Assembly (NCBI GenBank): GCA_000165425.1
Contig: CT868330.1
Span: forward strand, 310,001 to 374,000
Direction of reading: 5' to 3'
Origin: Paramecium tetraurelia
Lineage: Eukaryota
DNA length: 64,000 bases
Position 1 is the first letter of the stretch. The number at the start of each line of letters is the position of its first letter. Position numbers and translations under genes: made by a program. This document shows positions 1 through 14,069 of this stretch, in pieces. The notes under the pieces are model-generated. The model made no database searches. It was not told the origin of the DNA and saw only the letters and a list, made by a program, of their open reading frames with translations.

Positions 1-95
1 TGTGTATTCTTAGATGTATAAAGAAATCCTGTAAATGCCTCCTCAGTCTTATTAAGAGCCACTGGTAGTAGTTAGAATGCCTTTGCTGGAATCAT
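1..95 (-). CDS. 5' part of a hypothetical protein running off the left edge (MIPAKAFQLLPVALNKTEEAFTGFLYTSKNT...)
   Basis: ATG after an AT-rich leader; frame open in code 6 to the window edge; GC higher than flank. Confidence 0.55.
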
Positions 96-213
96 TAATA
101 TAATTATTATATATATTAAAACTAGTTTTGATGTATTAAAAATCAAGAATCGACAGGGTTAACCAGAATTTTATATATTAAATAATCGATAATTATCTTG
201 ATGATATAATAGA

Positions 214-1342
<1,129 letters not shown>

Positions 1343-1519
1343 TTTTAAAAATATTTATGTTTATTTAAAAGAAAAGATGGCATTATATTTTGTATTTGTG
1401 ATTTCCATAACAATAATTGAATTATCATGTGATACGAAAGAATCTCAGATATAAGAGGTTCATATTGTCTTGATCATATATTTGGAGGTTTAAGTTACAA
1501 AATAATAATATATTTATAA

Positions 1520-2813
1520 ATGGATTAAGACACCAAGGAAATAGATGAGGAATAGTTTAAGAAGGAATTCGAGGAGAAGGTCGAAAAACGTAAACAATGG
1601 TTATTGGAAGAATTGAAGAGCTGTGGAAAGTTTTTAGATGTTAGTGCAAAGAAATTAGATGATCTGGATGCTTTGACTGTAATGATATATATATTCAAAT
1701 TTAATTAGATTGCTCTCTTTCTTCATGAATGTCAGACAGAACTAACAGTGTTCCACATTGGAGCCAATTAAATAACTGATAGAGGATTAATTGACATGTT
1801 GACCGGATTGCAATGGCATGACAAATTAAAGGAAATCTATATTGGGAATAATGAAATTACTGAAGTAGCAAAATTGTGACCTATGTCATTAGGTTGGTGT
1901 TTAAGGTTTGATAGAGATTTCAAGTTGCTTCAAATAATTGAAAATCTTGAGTATGAGTGCTTGTTCAATTGATGATTCAACGTTCATTTAACTTTGCTTT
2001 GCATTGCCAGAATTAAAGAATCTACAGTTATTGCAAGTGCCTGGCAACAATATATCCGATTATGGTAATGAGCTGACTATTTTAATAGGATTGGTGTGCT
2101 TTTCCACATTGTTGGCAACCAATTGTCTACCAAATCTTACAGTGATTCATTTTGGCAACAATCCATTGACTTCAAAATCTCTGGTCCCATTCTTTTAGGC
2201 GATGAAGAAAAACAAAACCATTAAAATTCTCTATCTAAATGATATTGGAATGGAATTGACTACAATCAAATAATTGGCACTTTGTTTGAAGAAAAACAAA
2301 ACCCTTGAAGATTTAAATTTGGGGAACACAGGATTCTCAGATAGTGCTGCATCAGTTTTATGGCCCAGTCTGAAATATCTAAAGAAATTGTAATTGTGGA
2401 ATAATCATTTAACCGATAAGGCCATATATGACTTTATAAATGTGCTTGAGAAGGAGGACATTGGATTAACTTATGTTGGGTTATAGGATAATGAAATTGA
2501 AGAATATGATTTGGTTGAGGATTTGAATGCTCTACTCAAGCAGAATGAAATCATTGACAAGTTAACAGAACAGATAGAACATAAGGAAGAGATGGAGGAG
2601 GTGGATGAAGACAAACAGGTTAAATAGATGATCGAACTTGCTAAATTAGAAGAAATTGAAGAGAAATTGGGACAGTTGGAAAAGCTGAATGAACCTTAGG
2701 GGGAGACATAGGATGTGGCTAATGAATTGCAAGGGAAATTAAAAACTAAGAAATGGACTGGAGAGAATGAAGATCCTGAAGATAAAACATTGGAACACTC
2801 GGTAATGGAATGA
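1520..2813 (+). CDS. Leucine-rich repeat protein (ribonuclease-inhibitor/RanGAP-like LRRs) with acidic C-terminal tail
   Basis: Repeats such as LKEIYIGNNEITE, LQLLQVPGNNISDYG, LEDLNLGNTGFSD, LKKLQLWNNHLTD; 3 introns (1679-1708, 1865-1892, 2065-2088). Confidence 0.85.
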
Positions 2814-2841
2814 AAATTAAGATTTAAATATTTTTTAAATA

Positions 2842-3371
2842 ATGGTTATCAAGACAGATTTGTGCTCCTTTAGCGAATGGAGAATCTACCCCGGACATGG
2901 AAGAAGATTCGTTGCCAAGGATGGCAGACTCTTCTACTACTTGAATTAAAAGAGTAGAGCTTTTAGTGCAAGAAAAGTATTTCAATCATCAATGTTTAGA
3001 TTAAATCACAAGAAATTCAATGGACTGTGGCTTGGAGAAGATTGAACAAGAAAATTAAGACAGACGAAGGAGCCAAGAAGAGAAGAATCAGAAATCTTAA
3101 AGTGCAAAGAGCCATTGTTGGTATTTCATTAGAAGAAATCAGAAGAAGAAGAAAGGAAGATGATAGTAATACATTTCTCTAATGACTACTAGAAACAAGA
3201 AAGGCATAAGCTGAATAGGCAGCCAGAGAAATTAAGGACAGAAAGCAAAAGTAAATTGAAGCTTCAAAGAAGAAACCTGCTGCAGCTTAAAAAGTAGCAT
3301 AAAAGGCAGAAGTCAAAGCTCAACAAAAAGCTTAAAAGGGTGCTGCTAAAGCCAACAAAGGCAAAAAGTGA
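2842..3371 (+). CDS. RPL24: 60S ribosomal protein L24 (eL24)
   Basis: MVIKTDLCSFSEWRIYPGHG...IQWTVAWRRLNKK...VQRAIVGISLEEI; 2 short introns; Lys/Ala-rich tail. Confidence 0.97.
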
Positions 3372-3453
3372 TTTTACAATATAACACGTATACAATAATT
3401 GGATTATTCAGTTATTTTCTTTGTTCAACCAATAATTTAATTTTTATAATATT

Positions 3454-4028
3454 ATGGACCCAATATTTTACACTCTTCTAGGTATGGGAATAGGATACAT
3501 TGGATCTCAAGTTCTCACGAATAAAATCTTCCAAAATAAGTAGAATAAGAATCCATAATAGAATTAACCTACCAAGAAATTCCTACCCTCAACTCCTGAC
3601 ATTAAAAAAGCATTTCAATAAAATCAAATCCCTTAACAAATCCAAAGAAGAATTGAATTCAATGATTAATTGAGAAAAATCGTCAAAATTTAACCTCCTC
3701 TAGAGTAACAGGATACTGATAGTTAATTTTCATAACCACAAGATTCAGAAAATAGCAAGCCCAATCAATTCAATAATTCTGATCATAACACCCAGCCTCA
3801 AACTCCCAATTTTCAAAACATAGCCTAAGCCAAATCTAATATTCAATTGTTTGTTACTCCAGAATAAATCCAATAAATGAACACATCCCCTTTAATTTTA
3901 CAATAAAATAAATTTAGCGTCTCTTGTAAGTTTCTTTAATAATAACTTAAGAAAAACATCGCCCTTAGAGTACCTCATCGGTTAGCCATTCAGAATCATC
4001 ACCACAATCTAGCGATAAAGAAGAATGA
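3454..4028 (+). CDS. Hypothetical Q/N/P-rich protein with N-terminal hydrophobic anchor
   Basis: MDPIFYTLLGMGIGYIGSQVLT then low-complexity ORF in code 6; one predicted 26-nt intron ending AAG. Confidence 0.65.
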
Positions 4029-4130
4029 GATAAATTTATATAATTTTATTATAAAGTGGTGTTGCATTCTCATACTTAAATATTGATTGATTTCTGTTAT
4101 ATAATTGATTTAACATCAATATAAAATTAA

Positions 4131-5319
4131 ATGATCCATTAAAACCTAGTCTTTGGTAATTTAATAACGTCAAATCAATTGGAGTGGCTTGTAAAAAAGT
4201 AGAAAATATTACTCAAATCACCACAGGATATGAATGAAAAAAAAACGAAACCTAAAAGATTATTTAGATCAACAAGTTTTAAGACTGAACAACATGCACT
4301 ATTATTATCGAACCCTAAAAATAATTAAACCAAGAGTCCTATGCTTTTGAAGCCACGAATAGAAAAGAATGGCTTAAGAAAACTTCCTTCTAAACCTAAT
4401 CCATCTGATGAATAGGGGAAGAGTGAAAAATCAATTACCAGCTCTTAAAGAAGAAGCAGCGCTCTATAAATAAAAATTAAAAGAAGATGGAGTTATCTTC
4501 AAATACAAGGCGAGAAATATAAGCGTCTGAATAATAAGGCTCCGAAAAATATTATTAAATATCATTATGTAACTGCAGAAAAAGAAAAAAAGAAAAAACT
4601 AAATCGATTGAGGATGCAGTATAGTAATATTTTCTGTAATTAAAGAATTCATTAGTCGACTACAAAAAAATAAATTTAGAAAACTTAGAAGTAAAACGCT
4701 CCCCTTATCTCAATTCATTCGGATGAGACATACTAGGGCAAAAACGTTTGCTGAAGATTAGCATCAAGGTCCTATATTAAATTTAGAGGAATCATTGAAA
4801 AGAAAGATAAACATGCTTGTAGTATTAAGAAAGAGTGCAATGCGAAGACATACTTGTTTTTAGATGCCAAAAAAGAGCGTATTAGTTTCAAAAGAAAAAT
4901 TAATAAATTACTAAAAATAAATATCTGATAAATTAGTCAAAACTGAAAGTCAAGTTGAATTTTCCCCTGCTTTAGATTAAATTCTAGTTTATCAAAGACG
5001 AGTGAACTTTACTGATTTAAAATAGTCATTCAAAATAGCTTAACAGAAAAAGAAATGCTTTTTATCTGGTTAGTTTAAAAAGAAATCACATAGTATAATC
5101 ACATCTTATATTTCGAATAAGGCAGTAACTTAGAATTCTGAATATTAATCCCTTTTGTTAAAACCATTAAATTAATTGATCGAGAAAAAGACATAAACAG
5201 TTCGTGAAAAGAATACAAATCACCAATCTTGGTCAGATAGAAGCTTGATGAAAAGAAGACCGAATTTACTATTAAAATTATAACCTTATTTATCAAAATA
5301 AGTAATTGTTAAATGTTGA
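4131..5319 (+). CDS. Hypothetical basic (K/R-rich) protein
   Basis: Long TGA-free frame in code 6 with one predicted intron near 4624; no recognisable domain. Confidence 0.6.
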
Positions 5320-5737
5320 TTTATTAATATTATAATTAATTATATATTTAACAAATACTCAATTGTTGTTGAAACCTAAATCTTGAGATTCTGTAAACCT
5401 TTTCAACTCTCAGAGTTGTTACAAAGATAACTGATTGATTGTTTATATATATAATTATTTGGTTTAAAATTTATTGATTTCACTAAGTAAAAACGAATAA
5501 TTATTGAAAATAATGTTTTGAACATAACTCAAATGAAAAATTCATGAAGAAGAATGGAAGTAGGAATATGAGAATTTTATAAAATTGTGTAATAATACGA
5601 CAATTATTAATATATAATATTTGATATTATAAATTGTCATAAACAGATGATATCAAATTAATTATTACTTGATATTATACAAGTTAAATGCAAAATTCAA
5701 TAAGCCAGCACTTTATTATTATTTATAAATAATATAT

Positions 5738-6667
5738 ATGGGATCTTTTTTATCCCAACCAAACACCCAGAAATCCCATGAATATCAATTTAATGGTTAT
5801 TTGTCGTGTTATACTACTGCCATGCAAGGTAAATCATTAATTAAAAACAATAGGATGGAGATTGCAAATGGAGGATGCCCATCTGATGAAACCAAATTTT
5901 ATCGAAAATATTTCACTATTTGCTGTATTTGATGGTCATGGTGGTTCTGGGATTTCTTAATTTCTGGCTGAAAATTTCATGAATGTGCTTATTTCTTAAC
6001 CTGCATTTGAAAAAATGGATTTTATGCAATCACTTCATGATACATTTTTATAGCTAGACGATATGATTAAAAATAATGAAATCAAAAGTATATATTTTAT
6101 AATAAAACATATAGATACTTTTATAGGTTCTACTGCAGTTGTCGCCTTAATAGCAGATAAAATGCTCTATGTGGCCAATTTAGGAGACTCTCGATGTCTA
6201 TTGATGAGAGATGACGAAACCATTGAACTCACTAAAGATCACCTTCCAAGCAATGAATTGGCGCGAATTAGATATGCTGGAGGTTTTGTGGATGAATAAG
6301 GTCGTCTAAATGGTACCTTATCAGTTTCCAGAGCTTTTGGTGATTTTGAATTCAAGCAGGAGCCATTACCTGCTAATTAGTAAATGGTTATAGCAGAACC
6401 TGAAATCAGGAAAATTAAATTAAACAAAGATGATCGGTAACTTGTTTTGATCTATGTTGCAATAGTTTTCTCTTTTTGGGATGCGATGGTGTATTCGAAA
6501 CCTAAAACAGTTATAAGGTGATGGAGTTCATCTCCGAGCGTGTGGCTGAGAAACAAGAACCGTCCATTATTTTGGAACAATTACTTGATACTTCCTTGGC
6601 TGCCGACACTTCTACTGGATATGGTTGTGACAACATGACTGCTATGCTAATATTATTAAATTAATGA
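5738..6667 (+). CDS. Protein phosphatase 2C (PPM1A/Ptc2-like), N-myristoylation-type start
   Basis: MGSFLSQP, AMQGWRLQMEDAH, FAVFDGHGG, VANLGDSR, LSVSRAFGDFEFK, LGCDGVF, GCDNMT; 3 introns. Confidence 0.95.
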
Positions 6668-6961
6668 ATGAAATTCATAACATCTATACAACTATCATCT
6701 TCCCTCTTTAACCTCATAGACTTTATATCAATTAATTATTTCTATTAAAATTAATTATAAATTAATATATTTCTAAATAAAAAATTACGATCATTTTTAA
6801 ACAACTTTCCCCCTTTCTTTTTGGTTATCTTATTAATCATTCTTCACTGTAAACTCAGTGAGTTTATTTCTTTCTGCTTATTGCCATCCAAATTCTAGCA
6901 CATGTAGTTCAACAATTTCATTTTGACAAAATAATTCAAGACCTATTTCATTTTATAATAT

Positions 6962-8228
6962 ATGTATCATTTGAGAATTTTAATAAAAAAATATGGTAAA
7001 GTGTTTATGGTGTTAAAAAAAACTAGGCATGTTAGGAATGCTTTTTCATAAGGATGTTTGTCTTGAATATTTATATAGCAAATCTTTGGAAAGATTAAGA
7101 TAGGCAAATTTGGCAGGGCTTATTCGTAAGGAGGAATATCGAAATGAGAAGCGAAACTTAAGATAATATTTTATGTAGAGATTCAAACCGAAAGTTTATG
7201 AGGCTTTCATTAAGAGATAAAAAGAACAATAATATATTGAAATCAATCCAAATGATTTATCAGTTGCCCTAGAATCCGATATGGAAATGATTTCAAAAAA
7301 AGTGTGCATTGAAAGCTAAGAAATATCATAGAAATCCCAATTCTTGTAATCATTTCAGAATCCAATTGACCCTGATTATAATTGTATGGTAAACAACTAT
7401 TCAGGATACCCTGATATTTAACCTATGTTCACCTCTGATGACCATCCGAATAATTAGGTAGAATTTAATTAACAAGATGAAATGAGCATATTTTAATTAG
7501 AAATCTAAAACATTGGGAATACTCATTAATAAATAGATTAATATGACAATTCATAAGATTAATTTGTTCAACTCTAATTCCAATAATAATAGATTTTACA
7601 TTAAAACGAAGAAATCTAAGAAAACTAAGAAGAAAAACCAGCCAATGTTTCTCTTGAAATCAATGAGGAAGAAAAAGAAAATGTTCTATTTAAACTACTT
7701 CAAAAAAAAGTAAAACCAAATAAAGATAAAGTATTTAACGAAAGTTTTTAATAAAAAAAAACTAAAAAATAAACACATACTAGATCACAAAGTAGAAATA
7801 TTAAATAGAATTCAATTATTTCTGAAACTAGAGAAGAAAAAAATAAACCCAATTTTTATCAAGAGGAATTAGCAACCGAAGTCAAATAAATTAGTAATCA
7901 TTTTTTATAAACTAATAAAAAAAAAAATCCTCCCAAATTTTCATAAAGCACAGATAAAATTAACCCAAAAATAAATCAATCGATTGAAATTTCATCAACT
8001 AAAGAACATAAGAAAAAGCAGAAAAAGACCAAAAATTTGATTTCAAAGAAAACTAAAAATCTATAAAAGAAAGAAGACCTTTAGAACAGTTCTTAGTAAG
8101 ATCAGAAACCTAAGCAAAGAGAAATCATAAAGACTAGACACTAGGCTTCTTTGAGTATCCAATAAAATAAAGCATAGTCAAAGAGTGTTAATAAAAGAGA
8201 AAAATAATAGAAAATCAAAAAGAAATGA
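6962..8228 (+). CDS. Hypothetical Q/N/E/K-rich low-complexity protein
   Basis: Frame open from ~7180 to TGA at 8226-8228 in code 6; 5' exon structure uncertain. Confidence 0.55.
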
Positions 8229-8339
8229 ATCATTAATTGTGTAATATGCCTATTAAAATAATATAAATTTAATTTCGATACTTTAGCTGCTCTAAGTTTT
8301 GAGAATCATTAAAATTTAAACCTGATATTTATTGATTAA

Positions 8340-9131
8340 TCAAACGTTAAACTTTTCATCACTCACTTAAAATAAATTATCAAATTCCATGCTTCTTTTA
8401 CTTGCATATTATTAATCGAATGAATAATCTACATCAAGCAAATTGGGTTCACCTCTATAATAAAACTAGCTGCTATTAATTGAATGATAATCAGTATATT
8501 TTGAATTCTTACTTCTTTTTTAGACTGCTAGTTAATAATGTTATATCATATCAGCGACCTCTTGATCATTTTCTAACAATCTAAGTAGTTCCAGTTCTAA
8601 ATATGGATGTTATAATTTAAATGACATTAGCCTTTTAAGTTGAGTTTAAAACTTTTGTAATGGAATCAAATCTTCTTAAATTTCTGGGGTTTGAGTTTCA
8701 TCATCTTAAGCTTATTGGACTTTAGGGATTACAATTTCCTCACAAATCTAACGATTGTCTTTTTCCTTTACTTTCAAAGTAGTTTAAAATTCTTCTTAAA
8801 TAAAAGAAAATTTAATAGGTGTTTTATCTAGAATTGATTTAAGAAATTTTAGCATATTTAAAATTGTAATTGATTCTTTGTTTGCTATTTTAAGCATATC
8901 TAATTTGAAAGATGCGTCCAATTTTTGACAATAAACCATTACAAGATTCAAAGATTCCATTCTTTAAACTATTGAAGAGTTTTTCTTAAATTAAGGAACC
9001 TATATTTCTGGGAAGTATTTCCTTAATAGGCATAAGAAATGTCTTCCATCGGAAAGGCTTTCAATATTAATTGCTCTCATAGATGGACACTTTTCATTGA
9101 CCCACCTTAACATATCTAATCTTAGACTCAT
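8340..9131 (-). CDS. Calponin-homology (EB1/Spef1-like CH) domain protein
   Basis: MSLRLDMLRWVNEKC...IESLSDGRHFLCLLRKYFP...QRMESLNLV...LDMLKIANK...ILNMLKFLK matches the CH-domain pattern; no intron needed. Confidence 0.7.
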
Positions 9132-9367
9132 GTACTTCGAAATTTTCACAAAATAAATAATAGAACTACTTTTGAGTTCAATGAATATTTTAGATTTAAA
9201 ATTTAAACAATATTTCAGTGATAAATGATTTTTGATTGAATATACTCAAACAATGAATAAAATTTGGTTGATAAATAAAATAACTTTAATGGCATATAGC
9301 AATTTTAAAGTAGTATTATATAATTGATAATTTAAAAAAAAAACTGAAGAATTATAATACTAATTAT

Positions 9368-10745
9368 TCATTTACATCTTTTTGATGGACCCCTAATTGA
9401 TATATTAACTAAGCAACAGACCAATTTAATCACATGGTCAGAATTATTGGCTAGCATTAATTTTTATTTGTGGAATGTTTTTCCATCAACTTAATTTAGA
9501 GGCAGAGTTTCCTACAATGCACTGTCACAGTAAACTTGTCCAGAATAGCCTTTTTTAAATCTTACATGCTAAGATTAATAAGTATATTTACTAATTTAAC
9601 TGAGTTATTCATTTTAATTGGACCGATAAGTACTAATGGATTTATCCACATTTCAAAAGATTAAAAGAATTTTCCTTTTGCGTTTTACATTGGTCTGATC
9701 TTATCAATTCTCAAATCTCCTTCACATTTATGAATATAACATCCAGGTAAAGAATGTAATAAATCTTAGAATTCTTGCGTTTAATATTTCTCGTACTTTT
9801 TGGCTTCCTTTCTAAATTACATTCTAGCCCAGCATTAATTTGTATTAAATATAGGATGATCAATAGTAGTTGCTGGTCTGATGTATTTAGTTTTTTCTTG
9901 ATATAATTCGGTTTATGCAGGTTCAGGTAGTTGTTATATTCTTTCTTGTTTTTTAGTCTATCTAGTCTTTCTTTTGGGTGCTGGCATAATTGATTTCTTT
10001 TTTCTTCCGACCTTCCTGCCTTTGGTAGGTTTTTATTTCTTTTATTTGTTAGGATTCTCCTCATTGAGAGATGTGTTTTATTATTCTTCATTCAAAATGT
10101 TGTCATCTATTTCATTAACATGAATTTCAGGTTCAAGGATTTGTTATTTTTTGTCACTTTAGAACAACTTCTTATCACTTTAGAATTCTTTATCACTTTA
10201 AAATAAAAATTTTTTTTCTTTTTCAAACTAATCTTCCTATTATTCGTTTTATTGCTAATATCTTGAAATAATGGCCTCCATAAAGGACTTTTAACAATTT
10301 GGTGTTTTAGGCTGATCAGAAATAGATTACCGCGAAACTTTTTAAATTGGGAATTCACAAATTATAGAACTCATATTTATCTTGAGTTTACTATTTTTAG
10401 GTTATTCATCATGCTGCTTGTCAACATACCAAGTGTTTCTCTTTTATTTTCCTATTTTGTCATCAAATTCTTCCCTGATATCGTTTGCACTAGCTCTCCT
10501 ATTATTTTGTGGTTTTAGTGGTTAAGGAGCAGCAATTTAGAGAATTTTATCAATGTCCTATTCCAACGAGTGAGACAACCACGAGATATCATTATTTTAC
10601 AGCCATTTGTTCGGATCACTAACCATTCAACATTATATATATACTATGACGAGCATGGAGATGGATACATAGAACGATATACCTTCTCTCTAAATTTATT
10701 ATCAGAATCGTCTTATTTTACTTTTTTTCCTATAGATGGTCTCAT
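9368..10745 (-). CDS. Hypothetical protein: disordered acidic/basic body with a beta-rich (possibly cupin-like) C-terminal domain
   Basis: Continuous frame in code 6 with 2 introns; basic stretch GRKVGRKKK...KRKTR; ends ...SKRCK-TGA. Confidence 0.7.
10150..10205 (-). repeat. Short coding tandem repeat, 3 copies of F-Q-S-D-K (TTY TAA AGT GAY AAR)
   Basis: Plus strand shows ttgtcactttagaa / ttatcactttagaa / ttatcactttaaaa. Confidence 0.75.
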
Positions 10746-11996
10746 TTATGTATTTAAATTTAATATTTAACTTATTTCTTATTATATCAAAAGTCTTAGT
10801 TAAGAATACACATTCATGATCAATTTGATATATTTCAAAATCTGACACTTATCTATTATATATAATATTTTGTTCCTATATATTGTTGTTAGTTCTTTGA
10901 TAATTTTTTATTTCTCATCAATAATTTATTAAGTTCATCATATATTTCCAATATGATCAGTCATCTGCTTGCTTATGTTCTATTCTTTAATTGTATGCAT
11001 TAACAATTTCTTTGATTCTTGTCTATCTGTATTTAAATTCAATACTTTATTTTAAATTTCAAATTTAATTTAACAGAAATTAATTCATTTATTTTCTATG
11101 AATTCTCAATAATTCAGATTATTAATTCTTATTTTATATGATATTATTTCTATTATTCTATTTTTGGTTAGTTCTTTCATTTTCTTCTATATCATAAATA
11201 ACAACCTGAATTTTATATAAATTTTATTCTCTTTTGCACCTAATCTAATCTATGAATTTACAATAATATATTAATAACTAAGGCAACAACTAATATAGAT
11301 ATAATCGGTTCTTCAATATATTCTTTCCAATTGCATTTTTCTTTAATGATATAGATATAAATCCTTAATTTTGGCATTTACTATTGATGATTTCATTTTT
11401 ACAAGATTGTGAAATAAAGATTCAAATATTTTCCTTGTAATCTGTTAACAATCTCATAACCCAACTTTTCAACAATATTCTATCTACCTCCATAAATATT
11501 CAAGGAAATTACTAATATATTTGTTTTAAATAGGGTCGAGGATCATTAAAAAGTAATTTGAGAGCTATATTAAAGATGATTCTTAAGTTTAGTCCCTGAT
11601 TTTTTAAATTTAAATGGATGGTGCATCTATTGTATTAATTATTTAGAATACTTAAGCTATAATCAATTTAATACTACTCCAAGCAAACACCTAAATATTT
11701 TTATCCAGTTTTATACTAAACATAACTCTAGTTAGCATTATTCAGTTTAATAAGCATAAATTCTAAAATCATAAATTCTATTCCAAAGTTTATTCTATAT
11801 TCTTCAATTGTGTGTTTTTCAAAAGTTTAGGATATTTACTACCTATTTAAAATAGATTGATGATTCCCTTTATTTATGGATAGAATGTTTAATTTCTAAG
11901 ACAACATAATAATGGAAATGGTGGAATCACTTAAGGCTTAATCCAAATTAGATTAAATTGATTTAAAAGTATCTCTATATATAATTAAATTATTTT

Positions 11997-13430
11997 ATGG
12001 ATCAAAAATCTAATTATCTTAAAATTTGGGGTTTACCAGAGAATACTAGCGAACAGGATGTATTACAGAGGATAAAAACGATTGGAAAAGTGACTAAAAT
12101 TAAGTAAATAAATAATGTTTGGTACCTCGTGTTTGAGGATGAAGTGGATAGCGATAGTGTATAAAAACATATCGATTTGATAGGTTGAATTAATATCAAG
12201 CAACTACGCCTAATTATTTTATTTAACTGGTACAGAATTGACATCTTAAGACGTCTAGAAATTTACACAGATATTTTCCTAAAATGATGATGATGAAATT
12301 TAGAGAAAGAGACTTGAATAAGAAAAACTATAGGAAATTGCTAAAAGGTAATAAGAAGATTAAAGATAAAAATAACTACAATAGCAATAAGAATTTTTAA
12401 GATAATAAGAAGAATAAAGAAAAAAATAATTAAAGGAGAGAGAAGAGGCTTAATAAAGAGAGGAGGAGTTGAAGTAGAAATTATTAGCTGAAGCTAAACA
12501 ATAATTGGAGTACTAATAAAGATAAGTAAATAATATCTATATATTTTTTAGTAATAGTAAAAAGAATAAGAAGAAAAACAATAAAAATAATAATAGGAAT
12601 TGCTTTAGTAGTAAAGAAAAGAGTAATAAATATTCTAAGAGGAGTATCTTAGATAAGAATAATTGAAATAAAATTTATTAAATTAAGAATAATAGAGATA
12701 AGAATAATTGAAATAAGATTAAATAAGATAAGAATAATTAAGATAAGATTTATTAAAATAAGAATAACAGAGATAAGAATAACTACGATAGGAGTAATTA
12801 AGATAAGAATAACTTAGATAAGAATAATTAAGATAAGACTAATTAAAATAAGAGTAACTCAGATAAGAATAGCTCAAATAAGAATAAAAAAGACTAGAAT
12901 AACAATAACTTCGTTAAGAATAATCGAAATAAGAATAGCCCTAATAAAATCAATAGTTCAATTAATAAGCTTTGGATTTGCAAAAGGAAAAAATAAAAGA
13001 AGAGTTAGCACTTGAATTCGCAAAATCCTAATTTTAACAAAAACAATAGGCAGAATAAAGAGAGTTGGAATAAAATAAGGCACTTTAAAATTTGATGAGT
13101 AAGATTACAGAAACTGAAAGTCAATTGTAAAATTTAAAAGATTAATGCATTTTCTAATAAGAAACTTCAAATAAATATCAAAAAGAAATTTAGGATCTAC
13201 ACACCTCATTAAATCATGTCACACAATAGAGAGACAATGTTATTGCTAAGTTTAAAGAATTATAATCAAACGAAGGAAGCACAGTCACTAAAGAAGATAT
13301 GGCATTTTTGGAATAGCAATAGTAATAATAGTAGCCATAATCAACCTAGAATGTGTTGTTTAAGTTTGAATTTTGGGTTGTCTTAGTGGGTGCTTGGGTC
13401 TTAAGTTAAGTAATAAATTTCTTCACCTGA
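11997..13430 (+). CDS. RRM-like N-terminal domain + Q/E-rich coiled coil + C-terminal transmembrane tail anchor
   Basis: YLKIWGLPENTSEQDV...IGKVTKIK...WYLVFEDE (RNP2/RNP1-like); 2 introns; ends FWVVLVGAWVLSQVINFFT-TGA. Confidence 0.75.
12651..12940 (+). repeat. Degenerate 15-nt coding tandem repeat (consensus AGATAAGAATAATTA = RQEQL), roughly 18-19 units
   Basis: agataagaataa recurs with 15-nt periodicity. Confidence 0.9.
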
Positions 13431-13476
13431 TCCTGAAATGAAATATGAATTATCAAATATTAAGTATTTATTAATT

Positions 13477-14053
13477 ATGAAACAGTAAAGCGACAATCTG
13501 TTTTTCCAATCCTAATTATACATTGTAGTTTTGAATGAACCTTTGACTATCTTATAGTTTTTGGAAAACAATGAAAATGAAAATTAGAAGCAAGCAAGTT
13601 ATTAGGATAAATTAGAAATCTCGAATAAAAGTGAGAGGAAAGAGAATTCAAACAAAAGTAGGCATTAGCTGTAATAATCTAGTTTATAGTACACAGAGAA
13701 AGAAGGAAAAATCCGTATGGATCTGGTTGGGCGAATAAAGTATTAGAAAAACAATTTGGTGTTCATTTATCGTAAATTACATAAAGAGCAGGTCCAAGAT
13801 GGGTTATAAAAAAATTAAAACCTGTAGAAGCAAATGACTAAAAAGAATTTGATCGTCCTCGTTTAGTGAAAGTACATCAGGCATTTACATGACTTAGGAT
13901 TTCTTATCCCAGGAGAAGAAAACTCGATAAACAACCTCGAAATCTTATAGAAGGAGAATCGATAAAAATTATAAAGAGTAAAAGCAATCCTTTAATGGAA
14001 CTTCTATATTTGATCCAAATTTCTAAATAAATTTGCAGTAGTACAATTTATGA
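13477..14053 (+). CDS. Hypothetical protein
   Basis: Internal exon ...RKNPYGSGWANKVLEKQFGVHLSQITQRAGPRWVIKKLK...; intron positions partly uncertain. Confidence 0.55.
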
Positions 14054-14069
14054 TTATATTTAATAATTA

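Noticed and set aside
8226..8232. TGA-A-TCA looking like head-to-head stop codons of two convergent genes
   Set aside because: Careful translation shows the CH-domain gene already stops at 8340
12651..12940. Regularly spaced repeats suggestive of a CRISPR array or satellite
   Set aside because: No unique spacers; the 15-nt unit is in frame inside a CDS (RQEQL); eukaryotic context
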